From NCBI RefSeq assembly GCF_001194135.2, contig NC_068997.1:6438120-6502119 (forward strand): DNA of 64,000 nt, written 5' to 3'. The notes beneath the pieces are model-generated. The model was not told the origin of the DNA. It saw only the letters and a program-made list of their open reading frames with translations, and did no database searches. Positions 51,675 to 64,000 of this stretch are shown in pieces (the first letter of the stretch is position 1; each line of letters starts with the position of its first letter). The stretch comes from Octopus bimaculoides (Eukaryota). A program made the position numbers and the translations under genes.

Positions 51675-51781
51675 TATGTTTATATATATCAAATGGATGT
51701 TTTATAAAACTATTTAATAAAACTGTTTATTGTATGTGTGGAATAGTTTTATCAAACATCCATTTGATATATATAAACATA
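51675..51781. repeat. 40-bp inverted repeat (1 mismatch) with a 27-nt loop
   Basis: 51675-51714 versus 51742-51781. Confidence 0.85.
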
Positions 51782-51789
51782 AAAAGTGA

Positions 51790-52450
51790 CACAGGTAGAC
51801 TGTATGAACCAAGAAAAAGAGGGGAAGAGGACTTATTGGATGCGAACACAGCATTAGAGCAGAAGAAAACAACATAGCATGGTATGTAAAAAATGCCACA
51901 GAACCGCTATTTTTAGAAGTAAGAAGGTCAGGCTTGTGTAGGATGAAAGATTGCAAAGATAAAGCATTATACAAGAAATTGAAAACGAATGAAACTGAAA
52001 ATAGGTGGGTAAAGAAAAGAATGCATGGTCAATTTCGTAGGGATGTTAAAGATAAGTTCAGGTTTATACCTCTAACTGTTGGGGCACTGGGATATGTAAC
52101 AAACTGCCTAAATACCAACCTTGAGAAATTAGTCTTTTCAAAACCAGAAAGGAGAAAGCTGATTCGACGACTACAGATTTAATCCATCAATGGAACTGTA
52201 ATAATCTGTAAAACTTTCCAGAAGTTTATCATTTAAGTATATATGAGCATGTCTAGATATGCAAGTATATGTATGAGAAGACATACATGAAACAAAACAT
52301 ACAAATCCTCACATATACATACATACAAAAATACCCTGTTGTTGATGTTGAAATTCCAATGAAGGAACCTTGGATCTAGGTTAGAAACTGGCTCTTACTC
52401 TATTAGCCAGAAATCGTGAAATAAAACTGAATAATGACATACATACATAT
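51790..52450 (+). mobile_element. R4-clade fragment (Dong-like middle joined to the CATA-family 3' end)
   Basis: DTGRLYEPRKRG..MHGQF followed by KFRFIPLTVGALGYVTNCLNTNLEKL..; 3' UTR and terminal module end in (CATA)n. Confidence 0.8.
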
Positions 52451-52469
52451 ATACACTCGTATCACTCAG

Positions 52470-53641
52470 GCAGCACCTGTTGAACAACAGCAGCAAAAAT
52501 AAATATATTAATGCAGTACTGTGCTGAAAAGTGAAATGAGCAACATTGTACGAGTTGGCAGTGAAGTCCTCAAGAAGCACTCTATTCTTGTTGATCTCCT
52601 ACACAACCCCAAAGCAGTTGGACTCTCTAACATCAGAGAAGACCTGGATGGAAAGCACTCAGCACACAAGAAAAGACTATGCATGGGTATGTTGCCCGGA
52701 AGCTTGAAAAAGACAGTAAAATTGACTCGAAGTGCAGACTCTCTTGGACACAAGACCATTACATCACATCGCACTTTGAAGGCTATGCGTTTGCAGTCCA
52801 GGAACAAGAGATTGCCACAAAGTATCTGGTGAACAAGAGAGACAGTGACACTCTTGTAATCCCAAGGTGCAACTGCATGTGTAGGCTATGTCATGTTTCT
52901 GTGGAAGACATTACGCATGTGATTAGCAGCTGTCCAAAAATGTCGTCACGGTACTACCTCCCTCTGCGGCACGATGTTTTTGCTAAAACAGTTTACAATG
53001 CCATCCGCAAAAAAGACTGTCCTGAAATAAACTTAGAAAATCCCTGTTATGGAATATATTTATAAACACCAACCCAAGGAATACTGGTAGAATATTCCCA
53101 TCAAAACTTCTGTCAAATGTAAGCATAACTGGCCGGATATTGTTGTTTGGGACAGAGGGGCAAAGTATATACTATCATAGAGGTTAGCTGCCCTGCAGAT
53201 ATAAATATCTCTTTGAAAATCAAAGAAAAAGAGGATATCTTTGGACAACTGCTTCGAAACCTCCAGCTTCAATATTTAGACTATGAATTCATATCCATAC
53301 CAATAATATTTGGATCACTAGGTTTTGTTAGTAAATGCTTAAAGGATAATCTGGATAAACTGGGATTTTCAGAAAGAGAAATCGATCGGCTAATTCGTAC
53401 ATTACAAGTGCAATCTGTGAGTGGAACAGTAAAAGTATGCAAGACTTTTCTCATGTTCCAAATGTGAATTTGTCTGTATTAATTACATCCCAAAGATGAA
53501 GCTTTGTATCTTTGTTGGAAATCGGCTCTCTCCTCTGTGGAAGATTTTTAGTAATTAAAGAACAGAAGAGACATACATACATACATACATGCATGCATGC
53601 ATACATACATACATACATACATACATACATACATACATACA
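52470..53641 (+). mobile_element. 5'-truncated R4-clade element (CCHC plus RLE domain), divergent subfamily, (CATA)n tail
   Basis: ITSHFEGYAFAVQEQEIATKY, CRLCHVSVEDITHVISSCP..RHD and WPDIVVW..IIEVSCP.D...KIKEKE. Confidence 0.88.
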
Positions 53642-55860
53642 TAACAAGCAGCTGGGAGGAAGGGAGTTTAGAGATGTGCCAAGCAAAACTAATGTCAGAG
53701 TTGCGGGAGCATAGGAAGAATTTAGTTTCAATGTGGCTGAAATACAAGAAAACCTTTGACTCCGTCCCTACCAATAGGAACCTAGAAGCCATTCAACTTG
53801 CAAAAGTTCCAGAGAGCATACACAAAACCATAGCTGACCTGGCTTCATCGCGGGCCACCATCATGAATTTAAATACAAGGAGTAATTGAATTATCACAGA
53901 TAAAGTTCAATATCGCAGAGGTAAATTCCAAAGGGACGGCCTTTCTGTGATGCTCTTCATACTTTTTGTAAATTCCTTGTCATTCACGTTCACTTGGTTC
54001 ACAGGTTCACTTGGAGACGTAAATACTAAAATTAGTCTCTTTGTGGATAATTTTTAACTGTATGCTAAGAGTATGCATAAGATGTAAAAAAAGCTTGATT
54101 TGGTTACAACATTCTTAAAGAGTATAAGGTTGGAGTTTGGTCAAGGAAAACTGTAAATTAGACTAGCTGCATCTCCATCAATGACTTAACTGTTTCTCCT
54201 ATATCTGATGATGAATGTTACAAGTACCTAAGTGTATGTGAACAGATATCTTACGATGGTACCTGTATCAAGACACGAGTCACAAAAGAATATTACAGCC
54301 GGATAAAGAAAATAAGAACCTCCGAACTGTCTGCATTCAATAAACCAAAAGCCCATAACGTGTTTGCAGTACTTGGACTCATACAAACATTTAGGCTACT
54401 TGATTGGACGCTTGATGAGATACGAGTCATTGATGGGAAAGCCCGAAAGATACTGACCAGCACAAATAATTTTTACATCAACAGCGACGTAGACAACATC
54501 TACCTAAAACGAAAACAAGGAGGCAGACGCTTAGCATCGATGCAGACTGCCCTTGAATTTCGTATCACATCCTTTCGGCAATACCTTTAAACCACTAAGT
54601 GTCGAAATGCATCCCTTGGCCAAGTTTGCATACACGAGGTAGATAACTTCATAAGACTTGGAAAGCAGCTCTTTAAGCAACATTCCTTGTCTGATAACCT
54701 TGAGCACATGCCTAAAGAAGTTACACAACAACTCTATCGCAACGTATCATCAGATGAAAGGCTGAGCGCATATCAGCAGAATATCATACAGGGATGTGAT
54801 AGCAGAAAGCACTTGGATGATAGTAACATTGAGCATCAAAGCAGTCTATCGTGGACCAGCAACCGGATTACTAACTCTCATTTTGAAGGGTATGCGTTTG
54901 CAATCCTGGAACAATAAATAGCATCCAAATACCCAATGCACAAGAGGAAGAGACGCAGGAAAAACACTAAAATGTGATAATCGATGCAGACTGTGGAGTT
55001 AGCACTGAAGATATTAACCACATCATAAGCAGTTGTCCGAAAATGTTATCGCGGTTTTATCTACCGATGAGAAATGGTGTTGCAGCAAAGACACTGTAAA
55101 ATGAAATCCGTTGGAATGATAATCCAGAAGCCAAACAGATAAGTTCCCACAGTGGGGTAGAGGCTATGGCCGCTTATAATCTGTAAGAGTACTGCTGGAA
55201 TGTCTCTGGGAAAACCTCAATAAAATGCAAATGTAACAGACCAGATATATTGATGTGGGACAAAGAAGAGAAACTATGTACAGTAGGGGAAATCAGTGAG
55301 CCAACGGATATCAACACAAAGCTAAAGGTCATTGAGAAAGTTGACGCTGAACTATCGAGATATTTATAGTTAGTCTATCCGGATTACAAGTTCAGGTTTA
55401 TACCTTTAATTATTGGGGCACTGGAATATGTAACACACTGCCTTAGCACCAATCTTGAGAAATTAGGCTTCTTAAAACCAGAAAGGAGAAGGCCAATTAG
55501 AAGATTACAGATTCAAGCCATCACTGGAACTGTAAAAATGTGCAAAGCTTTCCAAAGGTTTGGCATTTAAGTATATATAAGTGTATGTGTAGACACGTAA
55601 CTACATGCATGAGAATACATACATCAAGCAAAACATACAAATCTGTAAATGCATTGACTCAAAATGTTGCACATATACATACATACATACATACATGCAT
55701 ACATACATACATACATACATACATACATTGCTTACATATATACTCTGTTGATATTGTTGAAATTTCAATAAAGGCTCCGTGGAACTAAGTTAGAAACCGG
55801 TTCTTTATTGACAAGAAATCTTGAGAAATAAAGTTGAATAATAGCATACATACATACCTG
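53642..55860 (+). mobile_element. Longer decayed R4-clade element (RT remnant to 3' module), (CATA)n tail
   Basis: MWLKYKKTFDSVP, DWTLDEIRVIDGKARKILT..SDVDNIYLKRKQGGR and ITNSHFEGYAFAILEQ; RLE remnant; 3' end matches 52058-52450. Confidence 0.88.
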
Positions 55861-56514
55861 TATACACGCACACACACATACACACTCACACACATTTACA
55901 TACACATTTACATACACCTTTATACATATATATGCTTAATATATACGTGCATGCATATATGTATATGTGTATGTATGTACATATGTCGAATGTGTTGGTG
56001 GTAGTGGTGGTGGTGTGTAGGGTTGTTCACATGCTTAGTTTGTGAAGAACCAGGAGGCTCACTACATTAGACGTGTGAATATATGTACATGTAAACACAT
56101 GTACATATTGTATGTGTGTGTGTGTGTGCATGTATGTATGTTTGAGACACATATACATTTAATTCATAGTTAATTAGTTTGATGTTTGGAACTTTATCGT
56201 TTTTAGATGTCATCTAAATGTTTTTGTTTTGTTTTGTATGTGCCAAGGAGACGTGGCACTTATGTATCTTACTTTAATCTGATAAATTGGTCAAAACTGT
56301 TCATTCATCTTGTATCTTATAAACATACACACTTGCATGTGTAATGTTTATAGACACACACACTTAAATGTAATATCTACATCTTCGTATGCATGCACGT
56401 ATATATATATTGTGGGACAAAGAAGAGAAACTATATATATATATCGTCAGTAAATCATAAATCCGAAAGAGCAAGACAGTAATTCGATAAAGGTAGTTAT
56501 GGCCGGTCTATGGT

Positions 56515-56574
56515 GTTACCCCGGGTCTATGTTACCCCGGGTCTATGTTACCCCGGGTCTATGTTACCCCGGGT
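56515..56574. repeat. 16-bp tandem repeat, ~3.75 copies (gttaccccgggtctat)
   Basis: Units start at 56515, 56531, 56547 and 56563. Confidence 0.9.
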
Positions 56575-56689
56575 TTCACGTCTATAAAGCGCTTGGCATT
56601 ACAGCGTCTCTTCAGAAGAGACGCAACGCGCGCATACGGGTTTAGATTTTTATAAAAGGTCAGCAATTTCTGGAGGTGTGTGTGGGGGG

Positions 56690-56865
56690 GGGGCTAAATC
56701 AATTACATCGACCCCAGTGCGTAACTGGTTCTTATTTTATCGATCCCGAAAGAATGAAAGGTAAAGTCGACCTCGGCAGAATTCGAATTCAGAACGTAAC
56801 GGCGGACGAAATGCCGCAAAGCATTTTGCTCGGCGCGCTAACAATTCTGCCACCTCGCCGCCTTG
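56690..56865 (-). mobile_element. tRNA-derived SINE, family D
   Basis: Minus strand ggcggcgaggtggcagaattgttagcgcgccg...gaattcgaattctgccgaggtcgactttacctttcattctttcgggatcgataaaataagaacc. Confidence 0.8.
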
Positions 56866-58155
56866 TGTGTATTTATATATAATATTAATATGATTGATAC
56901 TTAAATAGAATCATGAGCCTACGCCGTGTGTTGACTATAGAAAATAACCTCATATTAAGGGATATAAAGCTCGGGAGTTTCTTGGCCCTAATGATTGACT
57001 ATTTTCTACTGTCAATATACAATGAAGGCTTATAATTCTATTTACAAAATTTCCATCGCCACCGTTTCTTAATTCACGCTTATGTGTGTGTATGTGGGGG
57101 AAGGGGCGTATGTATACACACGCACACGTATATATACACAGACACGCATATGTACATATATACATACATGAGTGATAGTTGTGTGTGTGTGTGTGTGTGT
57201 GTATACATACGTACATACATACATACATACATACAGCAAAATAGTATTTGACAATGTACGTCCATGTGCTGAAATGCCGCAGATGGTACCTTGGGGTAAA
57301 TCTACTCAAATATAACAGCATTTTGTCAAGACTATTTCAAAATATATGTCGATCTCTTAGCTGCGCCAACTAAAAGTCGTTCAGTTAGCAACGCAAGTGT
57401 CCTTCAGGCAGTTAACGCCAAAGAAATGTCCTTCAGTCAGCAACACTAAATAATTTCTCTCTCATTTTATTCCGAAACAATGAAAAACAGACGAAAAACA
57501 TATTTGTATTTTCCGTTTTATTTCAAAAGTGAAACTAAGCTTTGCGTTAGCTGTGAGCAACACACGTAAACACAGATGCGTTTAAGTAAATCATTTGGCT
57601 TTTCTGTGAATCATGCTAAACAACGTACTTTGCCTTAGCTAAATATTTTTGATAATAAACAGAATTTTCGAGATCGTTTTACAGTTTTCATAAGCCAGAA
57701 AGGATGACTTACCTTAAAGCAACTTTAAAGGGGGATTATGTTGCCAGAACCGGCTCGAGTGATGAAGATTTAAAACAAAAATTCCGTATAAATAGAGGTC
57801 CATCACATAAGGCACAAGAAACTAATTCTCTTGTGAAAGTCGTGACGTCTTCGCAGCTGGTATTGCGTTTACCGGTGCTAATCTAACTCCGTATTGTAAT
57901 TACTCTTTAAATTAAGCATCATTCAGTCGAGATACTACTCACTGGAGAATGATGCCATTTCCTACATGCAACTATCTCTCGCCTCAACCCACCATCTCCT
58001 CCCTCCTTCATAGATTCTTCTTTCCTTTCGTCCGGTTTTCATATAGACTTAATCTGTCTTGCTACACACAGTGCTCGCTACCTCTTCGCAGAATGTTCTT
58101 TCCTCCACCTGGTTCTGCCACTTCTTCACTAAACACATCTCTACCGTTCTATTAT

Positions 58156-58209
58156 CTCTTCTTCTTCTTCTTCTTCTTCTTCTTCTTCTTCTTCTTCTTC
58201 TTCTTCTTC
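58156..58209. repeat. (TTC)n microsatellite within a simple-repeat field (58150-58930)
   Basis: Direct reading. Confidence 0.9.
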
Positions 58210-58441
58210 CACAGCCACCACCTCCACCAATCCGTATTCACCCCCCCCACACACACATGCGAACACACACTTGCTGTCTCCCTCACATCCCCTCCTTACA
58301 TCGCCATGCCCACCACTCCTACTCGCCCACTCACCTTCAGCACGTCTATCAACTCCATTATACTAACTTGTATGTCACTATTATTCAACTCAGTGGAGAC
58401 TTCCCTTCATTGCACTCACCTTCTACCTGCCTCATCGTTCT

Positions 58442-58514
<73 letters not shown>

Positions 58515-58632
58515 TACACAGCTCACACGCACGTTGATATTAAATTGATAGTTCCTTCCTTAAATTTCGTTATTTCAAACGCATACACGCATGTATATGC
58601 GTTTAGGTATGTATGTATGTATATAGATGTAG

Positions 58633-58667
<35 letters not shown>

Positions 58668-59378
58668 CAGAAAGAAATTTATATACATACATACATACAT
58701 GCAATATATTTCTTCCATTATTTCAGTCTTTTTTTTTCGTGTTCCCTTTCTTAATTTCATTCCCTCTTTTCTTCTCTCTAACCTTCCCACTTCCCCCCCC
58801 CTCTCTCTCTCTCTCTCTCCTTCGCAGCTAAACAACACCCTCCCTACACCTTCCCACTTCTAAAACTCCCTATTCTTTCTTTCTTTTCCCTTCTTCTTCT
58901 ACTCTTTCCTTTTAGCCTATTTTCTTCCATCTTTTCTTTCCTTTCTTCACTCTGGGTTTTTCTTTGTTTTTTCTAGTATTTTTATTGTTTTTAATTTTCT
59001 TCCTTCTTTCAAACTGTTTTCTCTTGATCATTCATTCTGTCTTTCTTTTTTCTTTCTTCCTCATTTTTGCCATTTCTTCTGTAAAAGATGACAAGCAAGG
59101 AAAGAATTGCATCTTATTGACTGGACACACTCACTACTGGCCATTCATAGAGACGTTTCATAAATACATATGCATATATACATTAGTATATATGCATATG
59201 TATTCACTCACTCATGTACAAACATGTACACACAACACACACATATATACATACAGTATGCGTGTACGTGAACGAATGCTTGCATACGTATGTTGTATGT
59301 ATATATGTGTGTGTTGTGACTCATGCATATACATACATAAATACGTAATACATACATACATTCATTCATTCATGAGCG

Positions 59379-59462
<84 letters not shown>

Positions 59463-59935
59463 NNNNNNNNNNNNNNNNNNNNNNNNNNNNNNNNNNNNNN
59501 NNNNNNNNNNNNNNNNNNNNNNNNNNNNNNNNNNNNNNNNNNNNNNNNNNNNNNNNNNNNNNNNNNNNNNNNNNNNNNNNNNNNNNNNNNNNNNNNNNNN
59601 NNNNNNNNNNNNNNNNNNNNNNNNNNNNNNNNNNNNNNNNNNNNNNNNNNNNNNNNNNNNNNNNNNNNNNNNNNNNNNNNNNNNNNNNNNNNNNNNNNNN
59701 NNNNNNNNNNNNNNNNNNNNNNNNNNNNNNNNNNNNNNNNNNNNNNNNNNNNNNNNNNNNNNNNNNNNNNNNNNNNNNNNNNNNNNNNNNNNNNNNNNNN
59801 NNNNNNNNNNNNNNNNNNNNNNNNNNNNNNNNNNNNNNNNNNNNNNNNNNNNNNNNNNNNNNNNNNNNNNNNNNNNNNNNNNNNNNNNNNNNNNNNNNNN
59901 NNNNNNNNNNNNNNNNNNNNNNNNNNNNNNNNNNN

Positions 59936-59966
<31 letters not shown>

Positions 59967-60063
59967 TATATATACGTATGTATGTTTGTAAACACATACA
60001 TACATATGCACACATATCCACTCATACGAACATATCTTTCTTCCTTCCCTCTCTCTCTTTGTC

Positions 60064-60099
<36 letters not shown>

Positions 60100-61309
60100 A
60101 CTCTCTCTCTATCTCTCACTCGCTTCTTCTTTCTCTTCTTTCTTGCCCTTCGCTTTCTCATCTTCCAAACATCCACCACGAACCACCAAACCGTTATTTA
60201 CTTCAGTTTATCTAATTTTCAGGGCCAATGTATTCCCCGTATTCTTCAGCCTCAACGTTTGGCGAATCTATCAACAACAACAATCACGTGATTGCTCAAC
60301 AATCCCCGTCTGCTACCGCAGCTTCAATATTCCACTTCGCTATAGTCTTTCTTCACCTTCAATTCATCCATTTTCTCTTCTCTCCATCCATGCAGATAAA
60401 TTGCTAAGATAGTCGTACACTTCAGATAAACGATCGTTTTTATTTTTTGTTCTTTGCTTTTTCTTTGTTCTTTGGGGGTTTTTTTGGGGAGGGGGGGGTT
60501 CTCGCCCCCTTTTTCTGCTTCATCAGACTTTCTTTCGCCTTGTAGTTAAGTCGTTATTCTAGTTATTTAACTCCAAGTCTGCTCTGATCAAACAGATCTA
60601 GGATCAAAAGTATTTCAGCAGTGATCACCCATCCACACCCGCCACAGCCTTCTTAAGAATACTTTTAAAACTACATTATTTAATGTCCTTCACTTACTTA
60701 GGATAGTAAGATGCTATTTCAGAGAGATTTGGCTATTATTCGTCGGAGATCAAACGACCAAGCAGAGGCCCTTTGCCTGCACTAAGTTTTTGTCATTATT
60801 CTGGACAGTTTTTTTTAATGCTTTAGTTCTTTAGCTTGTTTTGGCAATCACAACTATGCCCACGACGGAGTACAGCTTTCAGAACGAGAAAAATGGTAAA
60901 ATTGGTTTGATCATATTGTTCTGATATTAACATCTTCCTTAAATCAAGTTATTAGATAAACACGAAGTAATGTCTCTCCAGGTGAATGTCGACAAATATA
61001 TTCTATTATACTTTTGTCAATCAATACATGTATGTTTTTGGGGGTTTTTTTTCTTCAAGTTCTTCGCAGAATTCAAAGTGATGAGCTTGGGGTTTTTTTC
61101 TTTCTTTTTTTTTTTTTTTTCAAGACAGGTCCAGAGCTGTGTGGATATATTAAGGCGCGCGCGCACCACCTATGCACACCTATAATTGTGTGTAATCTAT
61201 TCATTCCAAGAAATTCAAATGGAGAATCTTTGAAATATTTGGCAAACACAAATTGATTGGATTTAGAGGCTAAATCGGGTAACAGCGGCATTCCCGATTT
61301 TTGTGGAAC

Positions 61310-61900
61310 CCTGTTTTAACATACACCAATAACAACAGTTACAAATGAAAATGTATAGAGCCTGGACGCAGGATCTGTAAGTTCCGCTATAGTTCACCTT
61401 CGATGTTCTCTATTTCCACAATTTTCGACGAGACATCTACATCCACTAAGCAACTGACCTCTACAATAGTTCTTATATGTTTACTCCAGAATGTTCCAGC
61501 AGTTTTCCTTATTCTTCAAAGCTTCGATATATTCTGATTCTGGTGTGTTTGTTTTATGACCGTTAGGACAATCCTTACTTCGGATAATAACGTAAATATC
61601 TTTGCTAAAAACCTTATATCTCACTTGAAGATACTGCCTTGCAGACAAATTTGAGCCGGTGCTGATGGTCATCTTCCATACTGTTGTGACAGATATAATC
61701 AGTATCTTCCCAAAAATCATCCGTCGAAACGTAATTGTTTGAAGGCATCCCTATGTCTTTGCATGATTAGATATTTAGAAGCTATTTGTTGTTCTTAAAT
61801 AGCAACAACATATTCTTTTAGTTGAGATGTGATGTATCTATAGAAGGTGCCAGATAGGATTGCCTTCCTGTTTCTGTTGGTGGTATCTTGCTGCTTTGCT
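61310..61900 (-). mobile_element. Old R4-clade remnant
   Basis: Minus strand ITSQLKEYVVAI*EQQIASKYL and IVEVSCLVDVDVSSKIVE parallel 52760-53230. Confidence 0.6.
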
Positions 61901-61958
61901 TCCAGCAGAGCAGCTCTCTTGATGAGGAATTAACTGCTAGGAACAGCTTCCAACTCAT

Positions 61959-62040
61959 ACCCTCATTAGTCACCATATTAATGGCACACCCTCATTAGTC
62001 ACCATATTAGTGGCACACCCTCATTAGTCACTCATTAGTC
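61959..62040. repeat. 29-bp tandem repeat, ~2.5 copies
   Basis: accctcattagtcaccatattartggcac at 61959, 61988 and 62017. Confidence 0.85.
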
Positions 62041-62599
62041 CATTGTTTTCTAATTTATAGCATAACATTTAAGCATGCATGATGCGTTCCTTGGTTTTCA
62101 GGCATGAGTTACCGTTTAATGGACAACAACTAGAAGCGATAATTTGGTCAATGTATGCTTTAGTAACTTGACCGATCACTGATAATATCAAGTCAGTACA
62201 TTTTCTATTGTGTGTCATAATCGTTTTGTTTGCTGAGTCTTAATGTAAATAATTCTCTTTAAATGTTGTGTAAGCTATGCTGTGAGTTATTTGTATCATT
62301 CACTTATTTATGATTTGTTTGTAGGCGTGGCCGTGCAATGAGTGATAATCTGATTTTTGTATTATTGCTTTTAGTCGTGATTCAATTTTCTAACTATTTT
62401 TTTCCAAGGCAGAATCCATTGAGCTTTTGATAGTTTTTATTTGCTGCGTATTTCTGCTGACTGATTTTGTTAGCTTTTCATTCCTCGGCGAACGTGACTT
62501 GTTCACACAGTTGTATTTTAACATACCTGTAGCTCCTCGTTCTCCCCCATGTAAACAAGTGAAAGGATTTTCTTTAGAGTCTTTCTAGAATTGGTATGG

Positions 62600-63000
62600 G
62601 TGCTGGTTCAGTTGAAAAGCCCATTGAAATTTCTCTTGATAATTCTCCAACCGACGATATCCGATCCTGATTTCCTGTGTTGCAATAATGTATTCCTGAC
62701 AATTTCATTGTAGTGACTTGCAGAGATTGTTAGACAGTTCATGATGATGTAGATGATGTCTTCCAGACTGGTGTAACACAATTGGCATTTTCTATCATAG
62801 CATGGAGGTCTAGAGGTACCCTTAACTCTCCTGCTAACCAGGTATTTTGTAGATATCTCCTGTTCCGTAAATGTGTCGTGGTCCTTTAGGTAAGAAGTGA
62901 TGCATCTGTTATAAGTCCAGGAGATGCAAATATTCCTATTAATACTGACAATATTCTCTAGCTCGAGGAAACAAACGCATGCAGAACTTTCTGCTGCCAT
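62600..63000 (-). mobile_element. Old R4-clade remnant (CCHC region)
   Basis: EQEISTKYLV...CQLCYTSLEDIIYIIMNC. Confidence 0.65.
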
Positions 63001-63690
63001 GATGAGTGTTTTTCCCCCGAATTTTTGTTTATGTAAATCGGTCTAGTTACCTTTGGTTCACACTGAACAGTTCTTAAACGATGATTATATTTGAATTTCA
63101 CATTAGAAAAATAATCGACACGGGAAACCGCTAATTAATGAATTTTAAAAGAAAGCAATTTCATCTTTTATAAAGAAATAAACATGAGATTCTTAATTTC
63201 AGAACTGCTAATCACTATTAAAAATATATAATTAAAAAAAATATTCTTCGTATATAACAATAAGAATGGTTTTTTTTCTAATGCTCGACCCCACCACCGC
63301 CGCCATCATACTCGTGTGTGATTTTATACCATTTCCAATTATAATATTTCAGTTAAGTATGAAATTACTCTTTTACTTTTTATTTATCCGCTTCGAAAAA
63401 CTCAGTGCCTAGTGTATGTGTTTGAGGGTTTGCAAAATAACGAAATTCATAGTGTGGGTCACAATATAACGGCCAAATACAAATGATAATAACTATATAT
63501 ATTTGTATTTAGTGAAAGAAAGTATTCAGTGGTTGCAAAAGTATTTCCAGAACGAAGTATTCGATAATATAAGCATTTTGTACCTTGGATCAAACGCAAA
63601 ACGGTAGAAGATGGGGGTGAGAACATATGCAAAAATACAGTTAAACTCATACATAATAACAGACATATGCATATATACTTACAAGCATTC

Positions 63691-63758
<68 letters not shown>

Positions 63759-63940
63759 TATAGTATAATTATAAATAGGGTAAATTCTAACCATAGAGGG
63801 CGTGAGAGACAGAAAGATACACCCCCCCACACACACACACACACATACACTAACACACAAAAGACAGAAAAAAGCAGAGACAGAGACGGAATGAGAGGGA
63901 AATCAAGAAAAAGAATAAAATTACCGTGGGAAGTGAAACA

Positions 63941-63972
63941 TCTAACGTTTCGGACAGAATCTTTCTTCAGGA
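63941..63972 (-). ncRNA. Degenerate minimal hammerhead-like motif
   Basis: Minus strand uuc-CUGAAGA-aagauucugucc-GAAAC-GUU; stems I and II are imperfect. Confidence 0.35.
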
Positions 63973-64000
63973 AAAAATTGAAAGGAAAGAAATTAATGAG

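Noticed and set aside
56515-56574. CRISPR-like array
   Set aside because: Contiguous units with no spacers, in a eukaryotic context with no cas genes.
58964-60412. 482-aa ORF, the longest in the track
   Set aside because: Composed of pyrimidine-rich low complexity, microsatellites and a large N gap.

Overview
AT-rich animal genomic scaffold with many N gaps and dense (TA)n, (CA)n, (CATA)n and (TAA)n microsatellites. The SINE families look like those of Octopus; this is an inference from recalled repeat sequences, not a database result. Two host genes are supported, arranged tail to tail: the last coding exon of the peroxisomal carrier SLC25A17/PMP34 (+, 1081-1237), and a complete two-exon core-2/I-branching beta-1,6-GlcNAc transferase (GCNT1/3-like, -, 31323-32412 joined to 25766-26037, 453 aa). 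Almost every other ORF in the track is microsatellite or gap translation, or a decayed transposon. The decayed elements are a CR1/L2-group LINE, an RTE LINE, several R4/Dong-clade RLE retroelements, Penelope-like remnants, two Tc1/mariner remnants, Helitron-like non-autonomous elements, MITEs and several tRNA-derived SINE families. The most interesting signal is a set of minimal type I hammerhead-ribozyme (HHR) motifs. The clearest sits in a ~550-bp near-perfect palindromic element in the GCNT intron (30241-30793, 15-bp target-site duplication), built from two head-to-head tRNA-derived Pol III promoters that each lead into an HHR. An older relative with the same architecture lies at 47.3-47.5 kb. 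Also notable are a stacked array of R4-clade elements that all end in (CATA)n, a MITE with a CCCTAA/TTAGGG core and an 8-bp TSD, and a SINE-LINE shared 3' tail. All structures were read by eye; ribozyme activity and novelty are untested.
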